Shown one piece after another: positions 26,632-39,422 of a stretch of 64,000 bases of DNA; position 1 is the first letter of the stretch, and every line of letters begins with the position of its first letter. The stretch is from Octopus vulgaris (taxonomy: Eukaryota). Both the position numbers and the translations under genes were made by a program. The notes under the pieces were generated by a model. That model was not told where the DNA came from, did not search any database, and was given only the letters and a program-made list of their open reading frames with translations. The DNA is taken from assembly GCA_951406725.2 (NCBI GenBank), contig OX597831.1, positions 70,556,001 to 70,620,000 of the forward strand, given 5' to 3'.

Positions 26632-26669
<38 letters not shown>

Positions 26670-27119
26670 TATCATTATTATTATTATTATTATTATTATT
26701 AATCAATATTATTGTTATTGTGTTGTACTTTGTTTCTTGCAATTATCATCATCATCATTGTCTTTAATCAATGTCTAGGAATAGGGAGGATAGTCATTCA
26801 ATCTTCATAAATTAATAAAATGGGTTTTTTTTTAAATAAAAAGGAAGGATACTTTGTAGATCTACATAAATGAAGATTACATCTAAAAAACAATGTTGGG
26901 ATATTCTCAGAATGGCATTTGATGAAAGGTATTCCAACTGATTTGACCTTTAGATAAAAAAAAAAGAATGTTTCTCTATTCTATGTTGACATATGTTGAA
27001 CAGCTTAGAAGCATAATACATCACTTCTCACATTTATTCTTTATTATCTCTGTACTTTTCCCATGTTTTATTTAACCTTCCTTCACTGTGGACATATTAC
27101 CACTGGCAAAAAAACATTT

Positions 27120-27545
27120 GGTTGAAATTGATCACCATCAATGGAATTTGCAGTTTGTGGTACCAGTGCCAGTGGCACATAAGAGAACCATCCAAACGTG
27201 GCCGTAGCCAGCACCGCATCGACTGGCCTCCGTGCTGGTGGCACGTAAAAAACACCATCCGAGCATGGCCGTGCCAGCCTTGTCTGGTCTCCGTGCCAGT
27301 GGCACGTAAAAAACACCATCTGAGTGTGGCCATTCGCCAGCCTCGTCTGGCACCTGTGTCGGTAGCACATAAAAGCACCCACTACACTCACGGAGTGGTT
27401 GGCGTTAGGAAGGGCATCCAGCTGTAAAAACACCGCCAGATCTGACTGGCCTGGTGCAGCCTTCGGGCTTCCCAGACCCCAGTTGAACCGTCCAACCCAT
27501 GCCAGCATGGAAAACGGACGTTAAACGATGCTGATGATGATGATC
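27120..27545 (+). mobile_element. RTE 3'-UTR fragment (4 repeat units)
   Basis: Matches 20370-20972; (GAT)n tail. Confidence 0.85.
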
Positions 27546-27889
27546 ATCATCATCATACAGAATACGTCAGCTACTCACATCACATATTCATAACAGTGTA
27601 GCAATCTTCCAAGCACAGAGACCAGCTGATACTTTTATAAGACATTGTGAGTGTGGATGGTGATGAGTTTACATAACTCAGAGGTGGTCAATCTGTCATT
27701 CAGACAGCAACATGAATCACAGTATCGATTTACCATTATTCTTACTGACTCATATAAGCACACACAAACGACCACATCAAAGACACACTTCATAAACATC
27801 AATTCACACATGCATACATATATGCATGTGTGTATGTAAGTGTATGTGTGTTCTTTATACCTTTTTAATTTAGAATTAATTTTTACCAA

Positions 27890-29450
27890 CCACTACAGAG
27901 TAGTAAGGTTGTGAAGGAAAGCACCTTGCTTTAATCATCATCATTTGAATCTTAAGGTCTTGCAATGATAAGAGGTATGAAAGTGTATCTTGAGTGCTAG
28001 ATGTGCAAACTCGTTATTGGTCCACAACCATTCTCTTTTTCCGGAATTCTTATGACTACATTGGTACCCAGAGGGCAGCTGATTTCCACAACAGACTTGC
28101 TTTTTATTGTAATTTCATGCAACAATACCCAGAAGACATTCTCAAACAATAACATGATTGATGTTTGCAGTTTTGGTTTTGCATAGCCTACATTTTTTTG
28201 TCAGTCAAAGTGCTCTGTCTTTTATGCTGCAAGTTCTTAGTCAGGTTCTCTTGTTCTTGAATTACATGGAGCTAACCTTCAATGTAAGACATCATAATCT
28301 TGCCGGTACTTCATGCCAATCTTTTGATATTATTAATTCACTATGGTTTGTGTCTTTAATGCCATGTACCTATGCATTACATACTCAAGTGAACTGGTCC
28401 ATTTTTATAATTTTGCTGTTGTCCTAGAAAGAATTTTCCATTTCTCTTATGAGAGAGAGATCTGTATCAGCTCTTATTTAATATCTCTCTTCAAGTTGAT
28501 TAGCTATCCTAATTATTGATTCCATGCTCACAAACTTGGGCAAGGTAGGTACTGGTCTCTCTTCTTGGTTGCAGGTGTTTCAGTGTCAAAATACGTACTT
28601 CATATGACATCAATACAGACTCGAGACCACAGCCACCATCCTTGCAGGAAAAATATAGCTTGTTTAATCTCTATTGATGTGGAAGTTTCCTATAAAACTG
28701 ACCAGCTTGTGAGTTTAAATGTCTATCTCATTGAGTTATTGTTCTGACCAGTTCAGTAGACCAAACCTAGTCATGAGGACAGGCACTGCGAATGTGTTGT
28801 GGGCAATATATTTGTTGTATGCTGAAATTTCAAATGACCAAAATTTTTTCACCCTCTTGAGTTATTCATTCCTTGTCCTCACTTGTCCAAGATATTTGTA
28901 ACTTTCCTTGGAGAGGAGGGGTTGTATTTCTAGGTCGTTTATATTTAGTATCTTGGATAAGAGTACAAATCTGCCACATTTTACCACCAAACATGCACAT
29001 TTGGACTCACCAGATTTCAGACCAATGTCTTTGGAGAATTGGGTTATGTGATCCAGTTGCCTTTTGCTGTGACTAATATTTAGCCAATGCAACTTCAGTT
29101 CATTAACAAAGAAAAGGTGGGAGATGTTATTGGACACATTCCTAGCTGCTGTGTTTTGTGATTAGGTATGACAGTGGAGTTCAGTGAATGTACAAAGAGT
29201 AATACTGATAAGCTATCACTCTGAAGGATGCCTTCTTGGTGGAGTGTATATCAGATTTATGGTGTTCCATGTCACTTTTAAGAAGTAAGAGGGTGGACCA
29301 ACTTTTAGTTAGGTGGCGGATGGCATCTAGTGGTGGATGGCATCTACTAGTGGTGGTGATATTTTGGCTAATTGTAGTACTTTGATAATCCACCCACGTA
29401 GTATACTACCAAAGACTTTTTAATAGTTCAGACATAGTCAAGGTTTTGTG
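27890..29450 (-). mobile_element. R4/Dong-type RT-to-C-terminus remnant
   Basis: ISHLFFVNELKL...FSKDIGLKSGESKCA...ESYKYLGQ; same family type as 95-850. Confidence 0.7.
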
Positions 29451-29549
29451 ATTCGTTATTGTTCTTTCTCGTAGCATTTTGTTAATTAGTCAGTGCTTAA
29501 TACACTCCCTTACCTTTTTTTTTCCTTCAGATTGTTGCAGGGTTACAAT

Positions 29550-29940
29550 ATTAAAATAATAATAAAAAACATTGTGTACAGTGCTCAGGTGCACTACAAC
29601 TCATCTAAAGTGTATGTATAATCAGGTGTAGTTTCGGCGGATTTTCGAAAGCATGAGGGCCTTAAAGGATGCAGTGTCATGGCAGTCAACAACTGACGCA
29701 GGCAGTTTATTCCATGCTTCAGCAACTCTGAGCGTGAAAAAATGTTTCCGAAAGTCATGGGAGCTGTGTTGTTTTCTGACTTTGTAGGCATGTCCACGTG
29801 TGTTAGACACATGAAGATCAAAAAGGTGTTCAGTGTTGTTGTTGGTGAGGTGGTTGATAACTTTGTGGGTGTTTACCAAGTCCATCGCCAGACGCCAGAG
29901 CTTCAGTGAATCCATGCCCAGGGAAACAATGCGCTCAGAG
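29550..29940 (-). mobile_element. CR1-clade LINE 3' end
   Basis: TRGHAYKVRK...RKHFFTLRVAEAWNKLPASVV...ASFK; short 3' UTR ending in (TTA)n. Confidence 0.85.
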
Positions 29941-30523
29941 TTATTTGTTATTGTTATTGTTTGTGGTACAACGGCCTAGTAGAAACAAGTTGAGGCAGTC
30001 AGTGTATAGCTTATACCTGACGTTTTGATAGGGTGATACTATAGGGTGAGAAGGATGATGGCTGTTCATAGCCACGTGGGTATGTTTAATATGTCCTTAA
30101 TACTCTTCCACATCAGTCTTATTGATTCTCACTAATAGATGTTGGGACATTTTAACTAATATCCTGTAATAAGATCCCTGTTTGGGGACATCCTCTTTGG
30201 TATTCTTCTCAAGACTGTTTTAAGTATTGCACCATCGATTTTCTAGAGTTTTCGTTTAACATCTTTGCAGTAACCCTTTTATAATCCATTTATCCATTCA
30301 TCCTTTACATTGAATCCATCATCCCTTTCTTAAATTAATCTCCAGAAACTTTCTACTTGTTCTTCTGTTGAGATGTTTTTTCCTGATATTGTGTTACTTT
30401 TGTTAAAACTACAGCAGACTCATTTGAGATTTCAAGCAAATAATCTATATATATATATATATCTATATATATACATATACATATGTATGTTGCTATATGT
30501 ATATGTTGATATTTGTGTATGTT

Positions 30524-30556
<33 letters not shown>

Positions 30557-30583
30557 TGCTATATGTATATGTATGTTGATATT

Positions 30584-30626
<43 letters not shown>

Positions 30627-30933
30627 CATTGCTAGAGAGGCGTCCATGCCAGTGGTTTGTAAAAAGCACCATTCATGTGTGATCATTACCAGCATCGCCT
30701 TACTGGCACTTGTGCAGGTGGAACATAAAAAAAAGCACCATTTTGGTGTGGCCGTTGCCAATACCACCTGACTGGCCCTCATGCCGGTGGCACGTAAAAG
30801 CACCCACTACACTCTCGGAGTGGTTGGCGTTAGGAAGGGCATCCAGCTGTAGAAACTCTGCCAGATCAAGATTGGAGCCTGGTGCAGCCATCTGGTTTGC
30901 CAGTTCTCAGTCAAATCGTCCAACCCATGCTAG
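30627..30933 (+). mobile_element. RTE 3'-UTR fragment (3 units, tail lost)
   Basis: GGCACGTAAAAGCACCCACTACACTCTCGGAGTGGTTGGCGTTAGGAAGGGCATCC. Confidence 0.85.
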
Positions 30934-30934
30934 A

Positions 30935-31985
30935 GAAGATTTTTAGAAAAAGTATAATAATTCAAAATATATTAGACTAAAAATTATATATTTACTTATT
31001 TAGCTAATATTAATAAAAGACTGATGTCTTGTATCAGCTAAAGGAATATTTGGTATGGAACAATCATATTTTACACTAATCTTTTTTTAAAGACTAAGGG
31101 TTATATTATAGGTTTAAGAAGTTATTATTGTTACTCCCTACATGATATTTATAGTTTCTTAGTGGTACTTGTTTAGAAGGGTTATTTCTATAAAGGCCCT
31201 TATAAATACTAAGTTCAGGAGGGTAGAGCCATTTAAGAAAGGGATAAATCAAGTAATTTCTAAAGATCATTTCAAACAATTCTTATTCTATAAAGTTAAA
31301 ATTTAGGGTAATCAAGAAGATTATTAAGAATGAAATTTTAACAAAAGGATAAAACTTCTTTGAATATTTTGAGTATTTACCAAATTTTTACCACAAAAGA
31401 GGGAGGAAAAGAAAATTGCAAAGAAATAGTTTAATATTTATTTACTTATTATTTATCTAAATATTAACTTATTATATGGTTACCATGGAGATTGATCAAA
31501 TTGGATTTAACTGGAATTTAATAAGGGAGCAACTGAGGTTAAAGAACATTTTAACTATATATTGATTTAATTAAATTGAACTATTTTAAGTTGTCAAAAT
31601 ACCGGTATTACCTTATATAAGCTGAGTACAAATTAATAGGGGTACAAAGATTAGATTTATTTAAGTTTAATATAAAATAATAATAATAATAATAAAATGA
31701 TCAGTTAGGGTAGAGCGTCTTAGAAAAGGAATAAAAACAGCCTAATCACTAAAAACCATAATAAAATATCCATACCTTATTAACTTCAATAGCAAGTATT
31801 TATAGAAAATGTATAATAATTTAAGTATTATGAGCTAAAAATTGTTAATTAGCATATTTAGCTTATTGTAATCAGGACTGAAACCTGGTATTGGTTAATA
31901 GAATAATTGTTGTTAAAAGGACATGCTAATCATATACTAATATTAAATTAAGGGGTATAATATAGATTTTAAAAGCTATTTGTGT
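30935..31985 (+). mobile_element. very decayed, AT-rich L1/Tx1-like ORF2 remnant
   Basis: Traces in the expected order: LINFNSK (~31776, cf. LLNxDxK) and IDFK (~31962, cf. DFxKAFD); many stops. Confidence 0.4.
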
Positions 31986-31989
31986 TAAT

Positions 31990-32960
31990 CCATAAAAGAT
32001 ACTACACTTCCAGAACTCCCTCCCCCACTGCTAGCTTGGCCCCCTAGATCACAGAAGCTATCTACTACTAATGATTCACCCGTGCATTTGAGGGAGCCTA
32101 TTGTCTGCATAGTTTTAATGCTTATTGTACCTGTACATTTTCTACATACAAAGACTATATTCTCCATTAAACTTCCTTGGGACACCTCTTATGTGTCCAA
32201 AGCTTTCATTGGGTACTATGTATGGATCTGCTACCAAAATCTTCTTACATATCGAGCAGAGCCATCTCCCAGAAGGGACTTGTGGTTTGTCTGCTTCTTT
32301 ACTTTCTAGGACTTTGGTTTTTTGCTAAATTAACCCTAAGGCCCTTATTTTCTAGACCTTATTTCTACACCTGAAATTTCTTCTCTAGATCAGCTAGTGG
32401 TTCCGCTATAAAAACAAGGTCATCAGTATAAAGGAGCTCCCAGGGATAGCTGGTCTTGAATTCCTCTGTTAAGGCCTGGAGGACTGAGATAAACAGGAAG
32501 GGGCTGAGAACTGATCCTTGGTGGACTCCTACCAAATTCATTGCTATGTTCATTGCCAACCTTCACTTCCCTGGTAGCATCCCTGTACATGGCTTGTACT
32601 ACTCTCACAAGCCACTCATTTGTCCCTAGCCTCCACATTGGCCACCAGATGAGGGAGTGGGGAACACTGTCTAAGTCTTTCTTCATATCAGCAAAAGCCA
32701 GGTACAGATGTTTATTTTTGGCTAAATATTTCTCCTACAGTTACCTAACCAGGAATATAACATCTGTCATGCTCTTGCCTAGCACAAATTTAAATTGCAC
32801 TTCATCTACACTAACTCTCTTCCTAATTAATTAAGTTATGACCCTTTCTGGAATTATTTCTGGCTAAGTCATCATCTTTGCTTTTGTAGCAGTTGACTAT
32901 AAATGCTGCAACACCAATAATTGGGTATGACTCACTCGTGGACAACCTGATAGTTATGAA
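31990..32960 (-). mobile_element. RTE LINE RT remnant with a PHD-like finger
   Basis: VHQGSVLSPFLF...PWELLYTDDLV; CSIC...KLWTHKRC...FVCRKC; VVDSFCDLG. Confidence 0.85.
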
Positions 32961-32964
32961 ACTA

Positions 32965-33952
32965 TCAATAAAATAAAATCACATTGCAAATAGGATTTCT
33001 TATCCAGAAAATTTTATTCTGATCATAACGAACAGTATGTAAAACTTCTTTTGAATTCAGAAGATAGATCTCCAAAGATTTGTAAGATTTATAGAAAATG
33101 AATGGAAGGAAAATACCACTAAAGAAATAAAGAGACAAAACTAGCATATATTATTGAGCTTAGATATTTTGAAGGCTTAAGGAGGTATTGCTTCAACTTC
33201 AAGGGAAATTCATAACATTGATTGATGATAAAACAGTATTAAAAGCATTCACTGAAATATAGGAAATATTTCAAGCAAATTTACTAGAAAAAATTATTTC
33301 ATAATATGCCTCAGCTAGCAGAAATTTGTTCTTCATTTAACAAAATGGATCTTGAAACATATTGTGGATATTTATTATCATAAAATAATTTAAGATAAAA
33401 AAAAAATAGATCCTTTGATTTATTTTCCTTTGAAGTAAAATCCCAAATGATAGATCCATTTAATTGTGATGCTGTACAGCTGACGAATAAATTCAAGAAG
33501 AATTAATTGAATTACAATGCAAGGCTAACTCAAAATACTTGTATGATAAAATGGGAATGACTGAATTCTTTTCATTAAAAGTCTATGCAACACTTAATCC
33601 AAAATAGTCAAAATAATTGTCATTTCCATACACATGTGGTTGGAATTAGATTGAGTTCAGTGAATGAATAACTAAAGAAAGGAACAAATATATTAGACGT
33701 ATGCAAAAGGAGTGATGTAAGAATAAAGCTCAGTGACACTGAATTTGAACAATGAACTGAGTATTGCATATTTTGTAGAAAAATACCAACTTCAAAGATT
33801 TCATTAATATAATAGTAAATTGAAAATTTCATTTATTTTAGTGTGAGTGCACACATGCATGTGCATGTGTGCGTGAGTAGGGGTGGTTTGAAAATAGAGT
33901 GGGCAAAACCATTTGCAAGGGGTTGATGTTTATAAAGGCTTGAGAACCACTG
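32965..33952 (+). mobile_element. hAT (Charlie/Buster-like) transposon 3' remnant
   Basis: YVKLLLNSEDR, EVLLQLQG, IQEELIELQC and DVRIKL fragments; TIR TTGAGAACCACTG at 33940-33952. Confidence 0.8.
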
Positions 33953-35860
33953 CTGCAGAGTAACTCAATCAGCTCAACATTATAACAGAACTTTCAGTCT
34001 TATAATAGAACTGACGCAGTAAATATTCTACTAAAATGCTTCCCATGGACTAGACAGCAATAAAATCAGCCACATCCTAGAACTGATTCTATCTCAGTAG
34101 TACTTTAGTGTGGAAAGGCAAAGTAATATGTGCATAAAATGAATGGGTGACAATCACTTTACCTTGAGTATTGTAGTTCAATCAATAAATCTATCTACTC
34201 GCTAAATTACAGTATTTATTTAGGTATGATGGACCCCTTTTTTCCATTTTTTGAAATGTAAAAATTAAGGACACACATTATTCTGGAGAGCTAAATGGCA
34301 CCCATTTGTCCCTGCATTAAGTGTATGGTTATATTTTGGATAGCAAAACTAGAATTAGTATATTTATATTGTCCATGTTAAAACTGCTCTGTAATGTAAA
34401 GCCTAAAATCACTGCAAGAAAGATAACACCATATATATAGATAAGTCACAGTCTTTTTACTCAAGTAGAGGCTGTTGCAAACTATAGGGTGTTGAAGGAA
34501 AATCTTCTATATTTTACACGGGCACCAGGGAAGTTAGGCACAGGTGGTACAGGTGATCATGGTGTCTTCAAGTATCTAATATTTTATTTTATTTTAGTTT
34601 TAGTTTTCATCATAGTTTCGAGTTTTGATGGATACACATTGTGTATTTACTGTTGAAATGTTCATCAAAAATGGTGAATCTGAGAGGTGTTTGCTTTGTC
34701 CTGTGCATGCAACTTAATTATAAGACCTTAATTTGGGTTTGAAACTTGCAGAATATACTAAAATATATACATATACACAGATACACATATTCCCGTCTGC
34801 AAATGATTGAGTGTTGGCATTGTAAGCAAATATAGATTAATGACATATTTGAGGAAAATTTGATTTTGTAACAAAACAAAAGAACCTGTAATGATAAATT
34901 TGTAACATCACTCATATCTATCTAAACTATTCACTTGCATGTGCACAGATTTGGTGATAGAAGTACTGGAAAAATTAATTGTATTTCAGGTGGCAAAAAC
35001 AGACTAGAAACTAAACCATCAGCACTAACAGTAAAAGTTCAAGTTGTGAAGCTGGTCCTACATTGTGTGCTTTTATTTAGTATGCTGAAGAACATAAAAG
35101 CCATAGTGCAATGAGAGAGTGTAACGTGGAGGTAAAATTAGTGAGGGACTAAGGGAAACAAACGTAAACACTCTGGAAAAAAAAAAAACAGATTGTCTCT
35201 TGTAATGGGACATTGGGAAAATATTCATATACTTAGGCATGTGAACTATATGCAAACAAACTTGTATATAACTCTTATCGCTAACAGAGAGCTTACAACT
35301 TTCGATGGATAGCTTACAGTCTGCTATGGATGCGAGTTTCATGTTTCAGTTAGATGTCAAATATGGTTTGTGAAGAGAAATGAGCTAACATTAAGTCAGA
35401 AGACCAATAATGGAGCCTTTATGCAAATATCATGATTATATTCTTAATAAAGTTCATTAAATTTTATTCATAAATGTTTATTTCATTCTAACACAGTTTC
35501 ATGAATAAGTATTTGAACAGAAGAATTTGATTATAAAAATGTTTGAAAGAACAGCTGTGATTCTACATGTTTACCAATTAAAAGCAGAAAGGGTTTTTTC
35601 ATAATGTTGAAAGGTCACAAACCTGCTTCTGCCCTTTCTCTCTTATATTGACCTCTTAACACTTTGCATAAAACCATTACCTTCTCTATTGCTCTCGCTC
35701 TCTCAGTCATGGAGAATCTTTTGTTTTGCTAGTTATATGGTGGCCTCACTTATGTGATACCATGAAAAAAGCATCCAGTACACTTTATCAAGTGGTTGGC
35801 AATTATTACAAATCAAAGCACTTCATTTTCAAAATGTCAGATCATACTCTCTCTTTTTTT

Positions 35861-36270
35861 TACTCTTTTACTCTTTTACTTGTTTCAGTCATTTGACTGT
35901 GGCCATGCTGGAGCACCGCCTTTAGTCGAGCAAATCGACACCGGGACTTATTCTTTTTGTAAGCCCAGTACTTATTCTATCGGTCTCTTTTTGCCGAACC
36001 ACTAAGTGATGGGGATGTAAACACACCAGCATCGGTTGTCAAGCAATGCTAGGGGAACAAACACAGACACACAAACACACACACATACATATATATATAC
36101 ATATATACGACAGGCTTCTTTCAGTTTCCGTCTACCAAATCCACTCACAAGGCTTTGGTCGGCCCAAGGCTATAGTAGAAGACACTTGCCCAAGGTGCCA
36201 CGCAGTGGGACTGAACCCGGAACCATGTGGTTGGTAAACAAGCTACTTACCACACAGCCACTCCTGTGCC
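35861..36270 (-). mobile_element. SINE family A
   Basis: Colinear with the other copies. Confidence 0.9.
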
Positions 36271-37690
36271 TTTAATTCATTTTATATCCAATTTTTTTTT
36301 TCAGTATGTATGCATGTGTTTGAGTGTGTGCATGTGTGTATGTATAAACACAAACAACCCCTGCGCCGCCCCCACCACCACCACCACAGAATCATCAACC
36401 CTTTTTACTTCTCCTTTATATGCTGAGTAGATCTGGGTGAGTTATCACTGTCAGTGACAGTTTGCATTTGTAGCTACTGCTCCCCTACATGGATCAGAAG
36501 GCCACATGTTGCTCATGCATTCCCCTTTTGGCTTGCGTTCTATGGGTAGCTGCCTTTCTTATTACCAACCACTTTACAGGGTGTTTAGGGTACGGTTTAT
36601 CAAAGTATCAACACAAATGAGACTGCCTCCTACCCTGTAAAACAAAAATGCCCTCAATACAGTATGCTATGTAATGTAAACAAGAGGGTGAATGACGGGT
36701 ATAGATAATTAGAGAAGCTAGGATGCACATGTGAAGTGAATAAGATATAATGAAAGAGGATAGAAATAAAGAGGAGTAAAGAATTGGGATGGAAGAAGAA
36801 GAGGAAGGTTAACAATTAAGTTAATGATTGAGTGTATTGAGTTCAAGTGCGGGATAGGGTTTTGATTAGAAGTTAGTCAAGTGCCATTCCTTATTACATG
36901 ACCCCCATTAGAGGAGAGCATGTGAATGTTAGGGAAGTGTCAGGCTGCCAGGTCCAATGACATCTGTACACTGACAGCATGATACATGTGAGAGGAGTGA
37001 TTAACTGTTAAGCAGAACAGCGAATAGAGAAAGTGAGTAATAGAGACACAGATAGAAAGATGAGAAACTATCAAGAGGTTTGGCAGTTGAAATATGTGGA
37101 CCCAATTAGAACACAGACTCTATTTAGTCCACCTTCCATCACTACCACTTTTAAAAGATTTGATTCAACATCCTTGCTCAGCTGGACAGATGTTCTCCAG
37201 TACAGCATCTTACCAATTATCACAATCTCTTTCACCATTTCCTTCTATGAGGCTCAACATCCAGATATCAAACCTCACCACTTTCTGCGTTGTTTTTCAT
37301 AGATCCCAACCTCTTTGAGCTCAGTCCCCTTTTTCATACTGCTGTCATCCATCATACTTATCACATACCCATACAAGGGCAGTATTCTTTCTTGTGTATT
37401 ACATCAGAATCCTCTTACAAGCAATTTTTTTCTTCAGCTCTTCGAATTCATCTCATATGTACATCCTAGTTTTCCCAATTATCTCTCTATCTGCTGGTCA
37501 CTCTCTTGGTCATGTTGCACAGAATAGACGGACATTGCATACCACATTGTAAGTGAGGACTCTTTTGTCTTATGGATTACTGACTTCATTTCTTTCTAAA
37601 CTACACAAATTCTCTGCATTCAAAGTTCACATCCCACCATCATGCAATCCATATACAAGCATTGGTAATAGCACTATGAATTTCTTCTCG

Positions 37691-37734
<44 letters not shown>

Positions 37735-37741
<7 letters not shown>

Positions 37742-37983
37742 GTCATTATTATACATACATGCCACACGCTAAGAGGGACAATTAGTCATTTCTACCAAAA
37801 ATTTTTGGTAGAAATGACTAATTGTCCCTCTTAATGTATGTATAATAATGCCCTCTATATATAAATTAATATGTTCAATGAGAAAGAATTATTTTCGAAA
37901 TTTTTTCTCTTATGAGGTCTTTCACGCTATCTACCTGATAATTTCTTGTTAAGTTTTCCTTATTAAGAAGTTGTCCTTAATTG

Positions 37984-37985
<2 letters not shown>
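37735..37985. repeat. (TA)n-flanked fold-back element, related to 1825-2090
   Basis: TAAGAGGGACAATTAGTCATTTCTACCAAAA / TTTTGGTAGAAATGACTAATTGTCCCTCTTA arms; shared tail. Confidence 0.65.
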
Positions 37986-38020
<35 letters not shown>

Positions 38021-38022
<2 letters not shown>

Positions 38023-38219
38023 GGAGTAAACACATAAATGTGAAACAAGGTGGAAAAGAGAGTACTCAAATACCAGAGGTAGAGTAATATGCTTTATTTA
38101 AAAGCAGCAGAAATTCAACAAAAGTTGTTACTCGGAGTTTAAAGCAAAACTGTCCGACGAACGGGAACGTGAAACTCCGAGTAACAGCTTTTGTTGAATT
38201 TCTGCTGCTTTTAAATAAA

Positions 38220-38225
<6 letters not shown>
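38021..38225. mobile_element. (TA)n-flanked fold-back element with a hammerhead
   Basis: ~53-bp inverted arms 38087-38140 / 38172-38225. Confidence 0.7.
38146..38191 (+). ncRNA. minimal type I hammerhead, U4C core variant
   Basis: AAAACTGT-CCGACGA-ACG-GGAA-CGT-GAAA-CTCCGAG-TA-ACAGCTTT; GUA cleavage triplet. Confidence 0.65.
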
Positions 38226-38264
<39 letters not shown>

Positions 38265-38269
<5 letters not shown>

Positions 38270-38500
38270 TGTATTTTACTTGATTCAGTCATTAGACTGC
38301 GGCCATGCTGGGGCACCATCTTACAGAATTTTTGTTCAAATAAATTGACCCCCAGTACTTCTTTTTTTCTTTTAAACCTGGTACTAATTCTAACATTCTC
38401 TTTTGCTGAACCTTTAAGTTATGGAGACGTAAACACACCAGCATTGGTTATCAAATGGTGGTGACAGACAAACAGAGACACACAAATACACATGCGTGCA
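38265..38500 (-). mobile_element. SINE family A, tail half (diverged)
   Basis: Matches the 3' half of the full copies. Confidence 0.75.
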
Positions 38501-39007
38501 CACACATACTCTCATGCCACCATCATCATCATCATCCTCAATATATGAATGAATGTTGTGTATATGTATGTATACATAATATGTTTGTATCCATCAAACC
38601 CATGCAAGTGTGGGAAACAGAAGTGAAAATGATGATGCTGAAGGCATATGCATGTGTGTGTGTGTGTGTGTGTCTGCTTGTTGTATATGAGTGAGTGGTG
38701 TATGAGCTATGTTAAAGACATGACTATGTTTGAGTTTAATCTTTTGGATTGTAAATTTCCTATGAATCTTTTTTAGTCTATTTTTTAAATTTTTGCTTAG
38801 AACAATTAAGCTTGTAAGTCCATTACTCCCATTAAAGTTTCAAGATCTTCTTGTTCTCATCATCAGAATAAAGTGTTCTTCACATAATTGTGAATACAGA
38901 GCAAGCTTCATCGGGATATTGATAAAATTGTCAACAACAATTTCAAAAAGCAGTGGTTAAGTTCCTGGAGATTTCATGATATATTTTCTATGTGTGATGT
39001 GTCTCTC

Positions 39008-39422
39008 TTTACTCTTTTACTCTTTTACTTGTTTCAGTCATTTGACTGCGGCCATGCTGGAGCACCGCCTTTTAATCGAGCAACTCGACCCCGGGACTTA
39101 TTCTTTTATAAACCTAGTACTTATTCTATCGATCTCTTTTGCAGAACCGCTAAGTAACGGGGACATAAACACACCAGCATCGGTTGTCAAGCAATGCTAG
39201 GGGGACAAACACAGACACACAAACACACACACGCATATATATATATATATACATATATACGACGGGCTTCTTTCAGTTTCCGTCTACCAAATCCACTCAC
39301 AAGGCTTTGGTCGGCCTGAGGCTATAGTAGAAGACACTTGCCCAAGGTGCCACGCAATGGGACTGAACCCGGAGCCATGTGGTTGGTAAGCAAGCTACTT
39401 ACCACACAGCCACTCCTGCACC
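39008..39422 (-). mobile_element. SINE family A
   Basis: Colinear with the other copies. Confidence 0.9.

Noticed and set aside
30935-31985. Mitochondrial insertion (NUMT)
   Set aside because: AT-rich, but no recognisable mitochondrial gene or tRNA; residual motifs fit L1/Tx1 ORF2 better
38828-38870. Minus-strand CTGATGA-TGAGA...TCTT-GAAACTTT
   Set aside because: Stem III is not palindromic and stem I is only 3 bp; too weak to call
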